The translations under genes and the position numbers were made by a program. From positions 670-64,669 of the forward strand of contig CAVXPJ010000006.1 of assembly GCA_963763605.1 (NCBI GenBank): a stretch of DNA of 64,000 nucleotides, in the 5' to 3' direction. Positions 51,349 through 60,024 of the stretch are shown here, piece by piece. Below the pieces are notes generated by a model. That model did not search any database and was not told the DNA's origin. It was given only the letters and a program-made list of their open reading frames with translations. Each line of letters starts with the position of its first letter. Position 1 is the first letter of the stretch. The DNA is from an uncultured Acidobacteriaceae bacterium (GTDB taxonomy: Bacteria; Acidobacteriota; Terriglobia; Terriglobales; Acidobacteriaceae).

Positions 51349-51570
51349 GTGGGAAGAATCAATGAGAAAGTTCAGAGACGATTTCGGCTGTCGCGAGCGA
51401 AACATCTGTCGAGTGCTCTGTGTCTGCGAAGTAGCAGGGGACAGCGAGTAACACTTCATCTTTCTTGCAGGAGAAGAATATGAAACTATTCGGTTTCGAT
51501 GGATTGTGCGCTTTGGCATAGCTGTTTTGTTGTCACATGCGGGGTTGCTTGCGCAGCGTAGAATCTTTTC

Positions 51571-52437
51571 ATGTTTCTGCCCGATGAGAGAGGACCTCGA
51601 ACCAGGTATCTGCTTGTCCTATTGATTCTTCTATACGTGGTGGCACGGATCTTTCAGCTCTATGCGGACAGGCTTCCAACACTTCTCGTTGTTGTATTTC
51701 ATGTGCTTCCTCTTGCCGTCTTCGCCTTCGTACATGGAAACAAAATATATTGTCTGCGTGGCATTCTCGTCTTCATGATGCTCTCTCTTGGCAGCGCAAC
51801 ATTGTTTGAGAGCCTGAGTCTTCGCACCGGATTTCCCTTTGGACACTACTACTTCACCGGCGTGATGGGACCGAAGGTCTTTCAGCTTCCGGTACTGCTG
51901 GCGCTTGCCTATGTCGGGATGGGCTACCTGTCATGGGTTGTTAGTCTGCTGATCCTCGGCTATCAGGACAGAGTGTTGCAGGGCAGGCGAATCGTTCTTC
52001 TGCCGCTGGTCGCGAGCTTCGTCATGGTGGCCTGGGATCTCTCGATGGACCCGGTGTGGGCTAACCTTTATCGCGCCTGGGTGTGGAGGGACGGCGGTTC
52101 CTACTTCGGCGTGCCAGTGAGCAATTTTCTGGGGTGGTATCTCACGGTCTACCTCTTCTATCAGGCGTTTGCCCTGTATCTGCGTAGACGAGCGGTTCTG
52201 CCGCTGTCGCCAGAACATTGGCGCCTTCCCGTTCTATTTTATGGAGTATCCGCTGCTGGAAATCTTCTGATCGCAGTCGAACCGGCAATGCCTTCGGTTG
52301 TCACAGACCGTTCGGGCAGGCAGTGGATGGCCTCAGGCATCATCGGAGCATGCGTTCTCGTTTCGACCTTCGTGATGGGAGCATTCACCCTGATTGCCTG
52401 GGCCAGACTCTCGGATCCGACTTGTGATTCAGACTGA
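51571..52437 (+). CDS. Carotenoid biosynthesis protein family (DUF422) membrane protein
   Basis: Seven hydrophobic segments. RTGFPFGHYYFTG and VAWDLSMDPVWA motifs as recalled for Caroten_synth/DUF422. Confidence 0.65.
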   Translation: MFLPDERGPRTRYLLVLLILLYVVARIFQLYADRLPTLLVVVFHVLPLAVFAFVHGNKIYCLRGILVFMMLSLGSATLFESLSLRTGFPFGHYYFTGVMGPKVFQLPVLLALAYVGMGYLSWVVSLLILGYQDRVLQGRRIVLLPLVASFVMVAWDLSMDPVWANLYRAWVWRDGGSYFGVPVSNFLGWYLTVYLFYQAFALYLRRRAVLPLSPEHWRLPVLFYGVSAAGNLLIAVEPAMPSVVTDRSGRQWMASGIIGACVLVSTFVMGAFTLIAWARLSDPTCDSD

Positions 52438-52524
52438 CGCACTGTGTGCGGGTGGTTGGATGCGGGCCTTGGATGCTATCGTTTTAGAGGTCGGTATTCA
52501 CGAGACAGGATAGGACGTAGCGCC

Positions 52525-53661
52525 ATGGCAGAAGCAACAACTCCCCTTCGTAAGACAGCATTGAACGCAGTACACCGGGCAGCAAAGGCCAAGATGGTCG
52601 ATTTTGGCGGATGGGACATGCCGGTCGACTGCTGCGGATTGATTGCAGAACATATGGCTGTGCGGACCGCAGTGGGGGTGTTCGATGTGTCGCATATGGG
52701 CGATATTCAACTGCGCGGGCCCGGGTCGCTCGCTGCAGTGCAGCACCTTTGCATGAACGATGCTTCGAAGCTGGCGGTGGGACAGGCGCATTATTCGGCG
52801 ATGCTGTATCCGAATGGGACTTTTGTTGATGACGTGGTAGTGCATAAACTTTCCGATAACGACTACCTGATCGTGATCAATGCAGGGACACGCGAGAAGG
52901 ACGTGGAGTGGGTGCGGAAGACGATTGGCCACATGCCGGGCGTGCATGTGAACGACTTCAGCGACCACTACACGCAGATTGCGATCCAGGGGCCAAGGGC
53001 GGCGGAGACGCTGCAGAAGCTGACGCCTGTGGATCTGAGCGCGATCAAGAACTACTGGTTTACGTGGGGGCAGGTGTGCGGACTGCATAACGTGATGATC
53101 GCGCGGACCGGGTATACCGGCGAGGACGGGTTTGAGATTTACATTCCGTCCGATGAGCCGACGAGCGCGCGGGTTTGGGGCGAGGTGCTGGAGGCGGGCA
53201 AGGAGTTTGGGATTCTGGCATGCGGCCTGGGGGCGCGGAATACGCTGCGGCTGGAGGCTGCGATGGCGCTGTATGGACATGAGATCTCGGACACGATCAA
53301 TGTGTTTGAGGCTGGCCTGGGGCGGTATGCGAAGCTCGACAAACCGGAGTTTGTGGGGCGCGAGGCGCTGCTGGCGATTCAGGCTGAAGGCGGCCCGAAA
53401 CGAAAGCTAGTTGGGCTGGAGATGATGGAGCGCGGAATTGGACGCGACGGCTATCCGGTATTCGCACTGGATGGGACGAGGATTGGCGAGATTACGAGCG
53501 GGTCGCCGTCGCCATTTTTGAAGAAGAATATTGCCCTGGCCTACGTTCCGGTCGCCAGTAGCGCGGTGGATACAGAGGTTGCCGTGGAGATTCGCGGCCA
53601 GATGGTGAAGGCGAAGGTAGTGCCGACGCCGTTCTACAAAAAGCCTAAGAAATCCACTTAA
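52525..53661 (+). CDS. gcvT: Glycine cleavage system T protein (aminomethyltransferase)
   Basis: [34 protein letters not shown]...VFDVSHMG...[13 protein letters not shown]. Full length. Confidence 0.95.
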   Translation: MAEATTPLRKTALNAVHRAAKAKMVDFGGWDMPVDCCGLIAEHMAVRTAVGVFDVSHMGDIQLRGPGSLAAVQHLCMNDASKLAVGQAHYSAMLYPNGTFVDDVVVHKLSDNDYLIVINAGTREKDVEWVRKTIGHMPGVHVNDFSDHYTQIAIQGPRAAETLQKLTPVDLSAIKNYWFTWGQVCGLHNVMIARTGYTGEDGFEIYIPSDEPTSARVWGEVLEAGKEFGILACGLGARNTLRLEAAMALYGHEISDTINVFEAGLGRYAKLDKPEFVGREALLAIQAEGGPKRKLVGLEMMERGIGRDGYPVFALDGTRIGEITSGSPSPFLKKNIALAYVPVASSAVDTEVAVEIRGQMVKAKVVPTPFYKKPKKST

Positions 53662-53731
53662 ACACGGCCCTCAAGCAGCAACCGCAACCTCTACAATGGA
53701 AGTTCTGGACTTTATCACGGAGACGAAACGA

Positions 53732-54121
53732 ATGGCCTACCCTGCAGGTTATCGCTACACCAAGGAACACGAGTGGATTCAGATTGACGGCACGATTGGC
53801 ACCGTCGGGATTACGGACTATGCGCAGAACTCGCTGGGCGATATTGTGTTCGTCGACCTGCCGAAGGTGGGCGACACGATTGAGTTGGGCAAGAGCTTCG
53901 GTTCGGTGGAGTCGGTGAAGGCTGTGTCGGATCTGTTTGCGCCGGTTTCGGGTACTGTGACGGCGATCAATGAGGCATTGAAGGACGCGCCGGAGACGAT
54001 TAACTCCGATGCGAATACGACCTGGATGTTGAAGATTGAACTGTCGGATACGACGCAGGTCGATGGGCTTTTGACCGCAGCAGACTACGAAAAATTTACC
54101 AGCGAAGAGACCGGACACTAA
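53732..54121 (+). CDS. gcvH: Glycine cleavage system H protein
   Basis: YTKEHEWIQIDG...GITDYAQ...ESVKAVSDLFAPVSG lipoyl-lysine motif. Confidence 0.95.
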   Translation: MAYPAGYRYTKEHEWIQIDGTIGTVGITDYAQNSLGDIVFVDLPKVGDTIELGKSFGSVESVKAVSDLFAPVSGTVTAINEALKDAPETINSDANTTWMLKIELSDTTQVDGLLTAADYEKFTSEETGH

Positions 54122-54124
54122 ACA

Positions 54125-55459
54125 ATGCGCTATTTGCCGAAGTCCCCTGCGGACCGTAAGGAGATGCTCGCCGAGATCGGCGTGGCGTCGATTGATGATC
54201 TGTTTTCTACCATTCCTGCTGAGTACCGGCTGACGCGTGATCTGGATGTTCCGCGACAGCATGGCGAGCAGGAGGTGATTGAGCGCTTCAAGGCATTTGC
54301 TGAGAAGAATGCTACCGGTTATGCGAGCTTTCTCGGCGCTGGAGCTTACCGGCACTATCGTCCGGTGCTGATTGATACGGTGGTTTCGCGCGGCGAGTTT
54401 TTGACGAGCTATACGCCCTATCAACCGGAGATTGCGCAGGGCACGCTGCAGGCTCTGTTTGAGTTTCAGACGATGATCTGCGAGTTGACGGGGATGGAGA
54501 TTGCGAACGCGTCGATGTATGACGGGTCGACCGGCGTGGCTGAGGCCGTAATGATGGCAGTGCGCGTGACCGGCCGCAACGGCGCAATCGTGGCGAAGAC
54601 GGTTCACCCGGAGTATCGCGAGGTGCTGGCGACGTATGCGCTGCACCAGGAGATTCCGGTCGCGCTGGCGGAGTATGCGACGAATGGCCGCGTGGATTTA
54701 GCCAGGCTGGATGCGGCGATTACGGATGATACGGCTTGTGTGCTGATTCAGTCGCCGAATTTTTTTGGGACGATTGAGGATGTGGCTGCAATCGCAGATA
54801 TTGCGCATAAAAAAGGCGCGCTGCTGATTGTGGCGATCGCGGAGGCGGTGTCACTGGGAATTGTGAAGCCTCCGAAGGAGGCCGATATTGTGGCGATGGA
54901 GGCGCAGGCGTTTGGTGTGCCGGTTGGTTATGGCGGCCCTTACTGCGGCGTGATCGCGAGCAAGGAGAAGTTTCTGCGGCAGATGCCGGGACGGCTTGCG
55001 GGCGAGACGAAAGATATGGGTGGCAAGCGCGGATTTGTGCTGACGCTATCGACGCGGGAGCAGCATATCCGGCGTGAGAAGGCTACTTCGAATATTTGTA
55101 CGAATCAGTCGCTGGTTGCGCTGATGGTGACGGTGTTTCTGACTGTTTATGGCAAGGGATTGAAGGAGCTTGGGGAGCAGAACCTGGCGAAGGCTCACTA
55201 TGCGGCGCAGGCGTTGGGCAAGAGTGGCAAGGTTTTGTTTGGCGGAGCTCCTCGGTTCAATGAGTTTGTTCTGGATTTGGGCAAGGATGATGCTGAACAG
55301 GTGAATGCCTTGCTGCTCGACAAGAAGATTATTGGCGGATTGCCTTTGGCGAAGTGGTATCCGGAGCTGGGCGCTGGCGCAAGTTTGTGGTGCGCGACGG
55401 AGTTGAATACGAAGACGCAGATTGATGCGGCCGCTGCGGCGATTGCAGGTAAGGCTTAG
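54125..55459 (+). CDS. gcvPA: Glycine dehydrogenase (decarboxylating) subunit 1
   Basis: [20 protein letters not shown]..., [30 protein letters not shown]. About 444 aa, typical of the split P-protein alpha subunit. Confidence 0.95.
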   Translation: MRYLPKSPADRKEMLAEIGVASIDDLFSTIPAEYRLTRDLDVPRQHGEQEVIERFKAFAEKNATGYASFLGAGAYRHYRPVLIDTVVSRGEFLTSYTPYQPEIAQGTLQALFEFQTMICELTGMEIANASMYDGSTGVAEAVMMAVRVTGRNGAIVAKTVHPEYREVLATYALHQEIPVALAEYATNGRVDLARLDAAITDDTACVLIQSPNFFGTIEDVAAIADIAHKKGALLIVAIAEAVSLGIVKPPKEADIVAMEAQAFGVPVGYGGPYCGVIASKEKFLRQMPGRLAGETKDMGGKRGFVLTLSTREQHIRREKATSNICTNQSLVALMVTVFLTVYGKGLKELGEQNLAKAHYAAQALGKSGKVLFGGAPRFNEFVLDLGKDDAEQVNALLLDKKIIGGLPLAKWYPELGAGASLWCATELNTKTQIDAAAAAIAGKA

Positions 55460-55461
55460 CG

Positions 55462-55806
55462 ATGGATGTGTCGGCGATCATCGGAGATGAGCTGGTAGCG
55501 GTAGAGTTTGTGCAGAATTTTCTGCAGCTGCGATTTGCAGCCCCGCTGTTTACTCTGTATGACTGGCCGCATGTTTTGTTGAGCGATTTCTCAGTGGCGT
55601 ACGGCGAGCCTGAATATCGGAATGCTCTTTGCGCACAGATTGGCGAGAAGGTTATTCAGGCTTCGCTCGAAGAAGGCGACTCTCTGACGATTGAGTTTGA
55701 AAGTGGCACCGTATTTGGGCTTTCGTTACGAGAAGAAGATGTGGATGGGCCGGAGTCGGGGAGCTATTCCGAGACGGGCAATGGAAGTGATGCGCAGGAG
55801 TTTTAG
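55462..55806 (+). CDS. Hypothetical acidic protein (114 aa) inserted between gcvPA and gcvPB
   Basis: ATG 2 nt after the gcvPA stop. Codon usage like the neighbours. No family recognised. Confidence 0.55.
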   Translation: MDVSAIIGDELVAVEFVQNFLQLRFAAPLFTLYDWPHVLLSDFSVAYGEPEYRNALCAQIGEKVIQASLEEGDSLTIEFESGTVFGLSLREEDVDGPESGSYSETGNGSDAQEF

Positions 55807-55825
55807 TTGGCTCTTGAAAAGGGTG

Positions 55826-55904
55826 CATACCCAGGGGCTAAAGCCCGGAGTCAGTGGTGACGGAGAGGCCCAAGGCTGAAGCCTTGGGTTACCTAGAAGC
55901 AGAA
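55826..55904. repeat. Intergenic hairpin-repeat cluster (GGCTAAAGCC family)
   Basis: catacccaggggctaaagccc, ggcccaaggctgaagccttggg hairpin and ttacctagaagca. Shares modules with 16070-16200. Confidence 0.6.
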
Positions 55905-55920
55905 GGTTGTGAGGGTTTGG

Positions 55921-57465
55921 ATGGCTGATAAAAAGTTTGTAGGAACGCCGAAGAAGGCTACGACGCATGTTAATCAGAACGAAGATTTGATCTTCGAGAA
56001 GTCTTCGCCAGGGAAGAAGGCGTATCGGCTAAGTGAGCTGGATGTGCCGGCGGTGGATGCCGCTTCCCTGCTGGGCGACGCGGTGCGGACGGATCTCGGT
56101 GTGATGCCGGAGCTTTCGGAGATCGAGATTGTGCGGCACTTCACGCGGCTTTCGACCTGGAACTATGCGATCGACCTGGGGATGTTTCCGCTGGGTAGCT
56201 GCACGATGAAGTACAACGGTCGCGTGAATGAACTGGTGGCGCGGTTGGAGGGGATTGCGGAGGCGCATCCTTATCAGCCGGAGTCGCTGTCGCAGGGTGT
56301 GCTCGAGGTGATGAAGGTGTTGAGCGATTGCCTGATCGATATCTGCGGGATGGATGCGATTACGCTACAGCCAGCGGCGGGCGCGCATGGCGAATTCACG
56401 GGGATTCTGCTGGCTCGGGCGTATCACGAGAGCCTTGGCAATGCGCGGAAGAAGATTTTGATTCCTGATTCGGCGCATGGGACGAACCCGGCTACGGCGG
56501 CTGTCGTTGGGTACGAGGTGCAGAATTTGAAGTCGAATGCGGAGGGCATGGTGGATCTCGCCGAGCTGGAAAAGCTCGTGGATGGAGATACTGCCGCGCT
56601 GATGCTGACGAATCCTTCGACGATCGGGGTGTTTGAGAGCGAGATTCATAAGATTGCCGATATCCTGCATGCGAAGGGCGCGCTGCTGTACATGGACGGC
56701 GCGAACATGAATGCTCTGGTGGGCAAGACACGTCCGGGAGATTTCGGCGTCGATGTGATGCACCTGAATCTGCATAAGACGTTTTCTACTCCGCATGGAG
56801 GCGGTGGACCGGGATCGGGGCCGGTGGCCTGCAAGAAGATTCTGGAGCCGTTTTTGCCGACGCCTGTACTGGTGGAGCGTGGCGGGAAGCTGACATTCGA
56901 CTACGACCGTGCGCAAAGTGTGGGGCGGGTGCGGATGTTCTATGGCAACTTCGGCATGTTTGTGCGGGCGCTGGCTTACATAATGGCGAATGGGCCCGAT
57001 GGCCTGCGGCAGACGACCGAGGACGCGGTGTTGAATGCGAACTACATTCGCGCGAAGCTGCTGGATACTTTTGAGCTGCCTTACAAGGCTCCTTCGCTGC
57101 ATGAGGTGGTGTTTTCGGACAAGCGGCAGGCGAAGAATGGCGTGAAGACTGGGGACATGGGCAAGCGGCTGATCGACTACGGCTTCCATGCGTACACAGT
57201 TTCGTTTCCGCTGGTGGTGCAGGGCGCGATGATGATTGAGCCTACGGAGAGTGAGAGCCGCGAGGAGCTCGATCTGCTGATCGATGCGCTGAAGCAGATT
57301 GCTCGCGAGGCGGAGGAGAATCCGGAGTTGGTACTGACGGCTCCGCATACGACGCGCGTGCAGCGGCTGGATGAGACGACGGCGGCGCGTAAGCCGGTTC
57401 TGCGATGGAAGGCTCCGGCTGCGGCGACTCCTGTTGCGGTGGATTCAGCGGCAAAGGAGTGGTAG
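55921..57465 (+). CDS. gcvPB: Glycine dehydrogenase (decarboxylating) subunit 2
   Basis: LIFEKSSPGKKAY..., MHLNLHKTFSTPHGGGGPG PLP-lysine motif. Full length. Confidence 0.95.
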   Translation: MADKKFVGTPKKATTHVNQNEDLIFEKSSPGKKAYRLSELDVPAVDAASLLGDAVRTDLGVMPELSEIEIVRHFTRLSTWNYAIDLGMFPLGSCTMKYNGRVNELVARLEGIAEAHPYQPESLSQGVLEVMKVLSDCLIDICGMDAITLQPAAGAHGEFTGILLARAYHESLGNARKKILIPDSAHGTNPATAAVVGYEVQNLKSNAEGMVDLAELEKLVDGDTAALMLTNPSTIGVFESEIHKIADILHAKGALLYMDGANMNALVGKTRPGDFGVDVMHLNLHKTFSTPHGGGGPGSGPVACKKILEPFLPTPVLVERGGKLTFDYDRAQSVGRVRMFYGNFGMFVRALAYIMANGPDGLRQTTEDAVLNANYIRAKLLDTFELPYKAPSLHEVVFSDKRQAKNGVKTGDMGKRLIDYGFHAYTVSFPLVVQGAMMIEPTESESREELDLLIDALKQIAREAEENPELVLTAPHTTRVQRLDETTAARKPVLRWKAPAAATPVAVDSAAKEW

Positions 57466-57469
57466 GGGA

Positions 57470-57748
57470 GTGTCTGTCTTTTATGACCGGCAACAGGAGC
57501 TCGAGAGGTACGAGTTCATGATGGGTGAGGCGCGAGGGCGGCTGGCGGTGACGCTGGACGTTTTGACCGACGCGCTGATCCTGGTGGGACAGCACGGCGT
57601 GTACTGCACGAGCGCGCGGAACCCTGCGGTTCCGGCGCTCGATCTGCAGGCTGTGCTGGCGAATATTACCGGAGCGAAGGAGTTGGTCGCGTCCGTGATG
57701 GAGAAGTTACGAATCGAGAGAGAAGCCGCCGAGTCTACCGGGCTTTGA
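57470..57748 (+). CDS. Hypothetical protein (92 aa)
   Basis: GTG 57470 after gggga. In-frame continuation of ORF 57371..57748 past the gcvPB stop. No family recognised. Overlaps the convergent DUF2911 gene end by 14 nt. Confidence 0.35.
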   Translation: MSVFYDRQQELERYEFMMGEARGRLAVTLDVLTDALILVGQHGVYCTSARNPAVPALDLQAVLANITGAKELVASVMEKLRIEREAAESTGL

Positions 57749-58262
57749 CGGTTACGTACTGGTCTGTCGTACCCCATTTGATGTGGAGTTCGGTCTTGGC
57801 TCGTTTGGTGTGTTCGAAGGTGATGGACATCTCTTCCTGCGAAGAAGCAGTCGGTTTGCTTTTCATGGGTGTGCGGCCGAGATCGTTGCCCTCAGGGTAA
57901 GGAACGCCCCACTCGCCGGTCTTCTTGCTGACGATGAAGAGCCACTGGTCCTTGTTGGGCAAGGTGAAGAGCGTGTAGGTTCCGGCGGGGACATCGAGTG
58001 TGCCGATCTTGAGGTCGGCCGCGGTGATGAGGGTGGTGGCTGGATTGGCTCCGGTACGCCAGACCTGGCCGTAAGGAACGATGTCACCACCGATGGTGCG
58101 GCCCTTCAGACGTGGAGAGCTGTACTTGATGGTGAGAGCTTTTCCTCTAAGGGTGACGTCGGCTGTAGCGCCGGGGCTGGCAGGAGGCTGGTTCGACTGG
58201 GCAAGGCTTGCAGTGGCTAGGAGAGTGCAACAAGCGGCGGTTGCCAGGGAGCGGAGGAACAT
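57735..58262 (-). CDS. DUF2911 domain-containing secreted protein
   Basis: Signal peptide MFLRSLATAACCTLLATASLAQ. IKYSSPRLKGRTIGGDIVPYGQVWRTGANPATT...LDVPAGTYTLF pattern. Confidence 0.8.
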   Translation of the reverse strand: MFLRSLATAACCTLLATASLAQSNQPPASPGATADVTLRGKALTIKYSSPRLKGRTIGGDIVPYGQVWRTGANPATTLITAADLKIGTLDVPAGTYTLFTLPNKDQWLFIVSKKTGEWGVPYPEGNDLGRTPMKSKPTASSQEEMSITFEHTKRAKTELHIKWGTTDQYVTVKAR

Positions 58263-58409
58263 GAGTGAGTCTCTCTTTCTGGTGCAAATTGCGTTGTGTA
58301 TCGGTTTTGAAAAAAACTACAGATGGCCTTGAATCTAGGCCCGTAACGATGCTGAACCGGCGCGGCGTGGGCTGTCAACCTATGACGATAGATGCTAGGC
58401 TAGAGGTAT

Positions 58410-58486
58410 GCGCCCGTAGCTCAGCTGGATAGAGCGGCAGCCTCCGAAGCTGTAGGTCAGAAGTTCGAATCTTCTCGGGCGCACCA
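58410..58486 (+). tRNA. tRNA-Arg (anticodon CCG)
   Basis: Cloverleaf folds by eye: GCGCCCG/CGGGCGC acceptor, GCUC/GAGC D-stem, GCAGC-CUCCGAA-GCUGU anticodon arm, AGAAG-UUCGAAU-CUUCU T-arm, encoded CCA. Confidence 0.95.
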
Positions 58487-58600
58487 TCCTTTCTCTCATT
58501 CGACCGGCAATTCTTTTTTTGTTCAGGTCGCTACTCTCGTTCCTCTCCCGATTTGCCGATAACACCAACAGAGCCGTTCCGGTGACGCGAACCAGGAAGC

Positions 58601-59899
58601 ATGGGCGCGTCACAGACTTTCAACTGTGCCAGCTACGCTGGCCGCACGCTGCTTGTTTCAGGTTTGCGCAAGATTATGTGGCTTTCGTGGATGGACAACC
58701 GGACGCTCTTCGCCTGTCAGACTTTGCTGACGATGGTGTATGCCATCGCGTTTTTAGGTATTCGGCGGATGTACCGTCATCTGCCGGGCACAGAGTCGTT
58801 CGCCCTGGGCTTTTTATCCGGCTTCCTGGGATGCCTGCTGACGATCGTGCGGGGCGGCCTGCCTCATGCTGTCGGCGTTGTGGGCGAACACTTCTTTTTC
58901 TTCTCCGCGTTCGTCCTGTTTTATCGCGGGATACTGCTTTTTTTTCGCAGCCCACGGACAACACGCCTGCTTTGGGTCTCGTGTGCCGTCGCGCTGGTGG
59001 TGCTTGGGTACTTCAGCACGGTGGAGGACCGGGTCGCAGTTCGCATGGTCGCGGTCTCGCTCATACTGTTTCTCCTTCGCAGCCTGATTGCGATCGAACT
59101 CTTCCGGCAGGCTGGGCAGCGGTTCCTTGTCAGCATCTTCGCCTGCCTGATGACGGCTTACGCATTGTTCGGAGCAATCCGTTCGATCGGCACCTTCCTG
59201 CATGGGCCACCATACGATTTCATGCAGACCACTCGCTTCCAGACGCCGTCGCTGGTGGTGAATCTCCTGTTCATCTGCTTTATTGGCCTGTTTTTTATTC
59301 TGATGCTGAGTAGTGAACTGGTAGCGCTCGTCGAGGCTCAGTCGCTCTACGATCATGTGACGGGCGCGATGAATCGGCGCGGCATCGATCAACGGCTTGC
59401 ATTGGAGCTGGTCCGCGCGGAACGGAACGGCTACCAGCTTGCGATAGCACTGCTGGATGTCGACCACTTCAAGCAGATTAACGACACTGCGGGTCATGCG
59501 GCGGGCGACGCTGCGTTGAAGCAGGTTGTCGAGGCCATCTCTTCCAGGCTTCGCTCGTATGATTTCTTCGGGCGCTACGGCGGGGATGAGTTTCTTCTGG
59601 TCTTTCCGCAGACTTCGTGTGAAGACGCACTGCAAATTGCGGAACGGATCGAGGTGGCGATGAGAGGACTTCGAGTTTCCAGGTTCGGCCTCCCCATCTC
59701 GCTCAGCATTGGACTCACCTTTGCCGCGCCGTGCGAGACTGCGCTCTCGATGCTGGCGCGGGCGGATATGGCGCTTTATAACGCGAAACGCGCAGGGCGG
59801 AGTTGCACACGAGTACTGCTGGCCTCGATTGATGAAGATGGTTCGGACAAGATCGTAGCAGGAGACGAGGCGATCGTTAGCCAGCCGGATTCGTTATGA
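58601..59899 (+). CDS. Diguanylate cyclase (GGDEF) with an N-terminal multi-TM sensor domain
   Basis: Six to seven TM segments, then DHVTGAMNRRG, LLDVDHFKQINDTAGHAAGD, RYGGDEFLLVF. Start uncertain (58601 or 58676). Confidence 0.85.
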   Translation: MGASQTFNCASYAGRTLLVSGLRKIMWLSWMDNRTLFACQTLLTMVYAIAFLGIRRMYRHLPGTESFALGFLSGFLGCLLTIVRGGLPHAVGVVGEHFFFFSAFVLFYRGILLFFRSPRTTRLLWVSCAVALVVLGYFSTVEDRVAVRMVAVSLILFLLRSLIAIELFRQAGQRFLVSIFACLMTAYALFGAIRSIGTFLHGPPYDFMQTTRFQTPSLVVNLLFICFIGLFFILMLSSELVALVEAQSLYDHVTGAMNRRGIDQRLALELVRAERNGYQLAIALLDVDHFKQINDTAGHAAGDAALKQVVEAISSRLRSYDFFGRYGGDEFLLVFPQTSCEDALQIAERIEVAMRGLRVSRFGLPISLSIGLTFAAPCETALSMLARADMALYNAKRAGRSCTRVLLASIDEDGSDKIVAGDEAIVSQPDSL

Positions 59900-59929
59900 C
59901 ACTTCGGCTGAGGCGATGCTTTGATAATT

Positions 59930-59959
59930 AATATGTAACTAATTATGTTACATATTTTT
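59930..59959 (+). terminator. AT-rich perfect inverted repeat plus T-run downstream of the GGDEF gene
   Basis: aatatgtaac-taattat-gttacatatt followed by ttt. Could be a terminator or an operator. Confidence 0.4.
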
Positions 59960-59973
59960 GGAACTACACAAAT

Positions 59974-60008
59974 GCAAGCGGCTCCGGAGGGTGTCCGGAG
60001 CCGCTTGC
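59974..60008. terminator. Strong GC hairpin terminator downstream of the TonB-dependent receptor gene
   Basis: gcaagcggctccgg-agggtgt-ccggagccgcttgc (14-bp perfect stem), 17 nt after the minus-strand stop. Confidence 0.7.
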
Positions 60009-60024
60009 GATTGAAGTGGAGCGG

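Noticed and set aside
51480-51521. 13-codon ORF MKLFGFDGLCALA with a good AGGAG SD. Similar mini-ORFs occur at 63650-63691 (MAPWLKAAFFGLF) and 40245-40304.
   Set aside because: Too short to evaluate from sequence alone, and SD-like purine runs occur by chance. They are mentioned only as candidates for ribosome profiling.
52438-52524. Possible glycine riboswitch upstream of gcvT.
   Set aside because: Only 87 nt are available, which is too short for the tandem aptamer. There are no GGAGAG...CACCG...CTCTGGAGAG-type cores.
58395-58613. 72-aa minus-strand ORF.
   Set aside because: It lies antisense across the tRNA-Arg gene and its flanks. This is an artefactual ORF.
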